A DNA stretch of 63,162 nt, the filler included, from Sphacelaria rigidula (taxonomy: Eukaryota): the NCBI GenBank assembly GCA_964200075.2. It is 9 parts of 9 records of this genome, joined end to end, with 100 filler letters (N's around TTAATTAATTAA, not from the genome) between each part and the next. Parts side by side here need not be neighbours in the genome. Positions count along the whole stretch, not along the records: positions 56,235 to 63,162 come from CAXNAA020017363.1; 8 more parts are not named here. One strand, given 5' to 3'. Under the pieces are notes generated by a model that worked only from the letters and a program-made list of their open reading frames with translations, did no database searches and was not told the origin of the DNA. A program made the translations under genes and the position numbers. Shown here piece after piece: positions 62,261-63,162 of the stretch (position 1 is its first letter; every line of letters begins with the position of its first letter).

Positions 62261-62565
62261 GAGCGTTCTTGTGAGATTGAGACCATGGGATACGATGGAG
62301 AGTGAGAAGCGGTTATTTAATGAATGAAACAGTTTTAGTTCCGAAATGACCGTCCGGGCCTTATACGAGGTCCGATGCGCTTTCTGTAGTAGCTTGCCGC
62401 TGAAGCCCTTGATATCCCTGAGAGGTAAATCGCCGTGTAGCTGTGAGCACAAGATAGCGTTATAGGCAAAGAGCACACAAAAAATGAAATATCGGCCACG
62501 TTAGATCAGAAATCTCAAGCTGACTCTCGATCCACGATAGATTTTCAATCTCACGACAAACATTG
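62261..62565. mobile_element. MITE of the same family as 50963-51243
   Basis: gtgagattgaga..gatacgat..gagagtg at left; ctctcgatc..tctcacgacaaacattg at right. Confidence 0.7.
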
Positions 62566-63162
62566 CTTTAGGTGTCGCTGAGAGTCAAGGCCTGCCATTT
62601 TAGGAGAGTTGAGAACCGTCTATTTGAAGGCCATCATGAGAGGAGCTGTTACCTTGTTCATTTTTTTCCGGAGTTAGGCCCCTTTGATTGAATTTCTGAT
62701 AAAAAAAATCCACGGTCAGGTTTGTAAGAGAGAATATGAACCCTCACCGATTGTTGACCTTCGATCAACATCTCTCCTCATTATTTCAGATCCTAGCTCT
62801 CAAAGCTAGGGCAAAAATTCCAAGATATTGCGTAGATTCCCAATAATGTGTAGTAATTCCATACGTGTTGTAGATAGTTCCTTCGGCATTCTATTTTGGC
62901 GTGACTTTCGAACGGCGTCGAGTTAGAAGCTAAAACGGGCATCGTTCCTCTTTCCTCCGGGTGAGCTACACGTTCATTAACTTGCGGCGTAATCGGACAA
63001 GTATTCGGGTGTCTTGACTTTTGTACCAAACCGCCATCAACGGGTATTGTCACCAGACCATATTTGGTGGCCCAGAATGGTATGAAATGGTGAAAGTCTG
63101 AGGACCGACGCCCGGATGGGTAGGGTGACTCATGTACAGAGTCGAGCTAGGGGACATTGTAG

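Noticed and set aside
264-63053. Most entries in the six-frame ORF track
   Set aside because: Short chance ORFs in repeats and introns; several run into N linkers

Overview
Eukaryotic nuclear DNA, most likely from a brown alga (inferred from long introns, CCCTAA telomere-type repeats and a mitochondrial-type trnH-trnC-trnN insert). The window is not one locus. It is nine scaffolds of 6930, 6930, 6930, 6929, 6929, 6929, 6929, 6928 and 6928 bp, joined in descending size order by 100-bp N44-TTAATTAATTAA-N44 linkers, so adjacency across a linker carries no biological meaning. Recognisable genes are a partial RNase H2 subunit A (4 exons, minus), a 4-exon dephospho-CoA kinase with a C-terminal hydrophobic tail (plus), three internal exons of an SOS1/NHX7-type Na+/H+ antiporter (minus), and two pairs of exons of unknown proteins. 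The rest is mostly transposon-derived: degenerate Copia and Gypsy elements, an internally deleted Gypsy with an in-frame RT-to-integrase junction, a 5'-truncated LINE, tRNA-derived SINEs, several MITE and foldback families, and satellites. The most unusual signal is an abundant retroposon pair (15 or more copies) whose 3' ends share a predicted stem-loop fold, end in oligo(C) rather than poly(A), and sit at C-runs with target-site duplications. All calls were made by eye and element boundaries are approximate unless stated.
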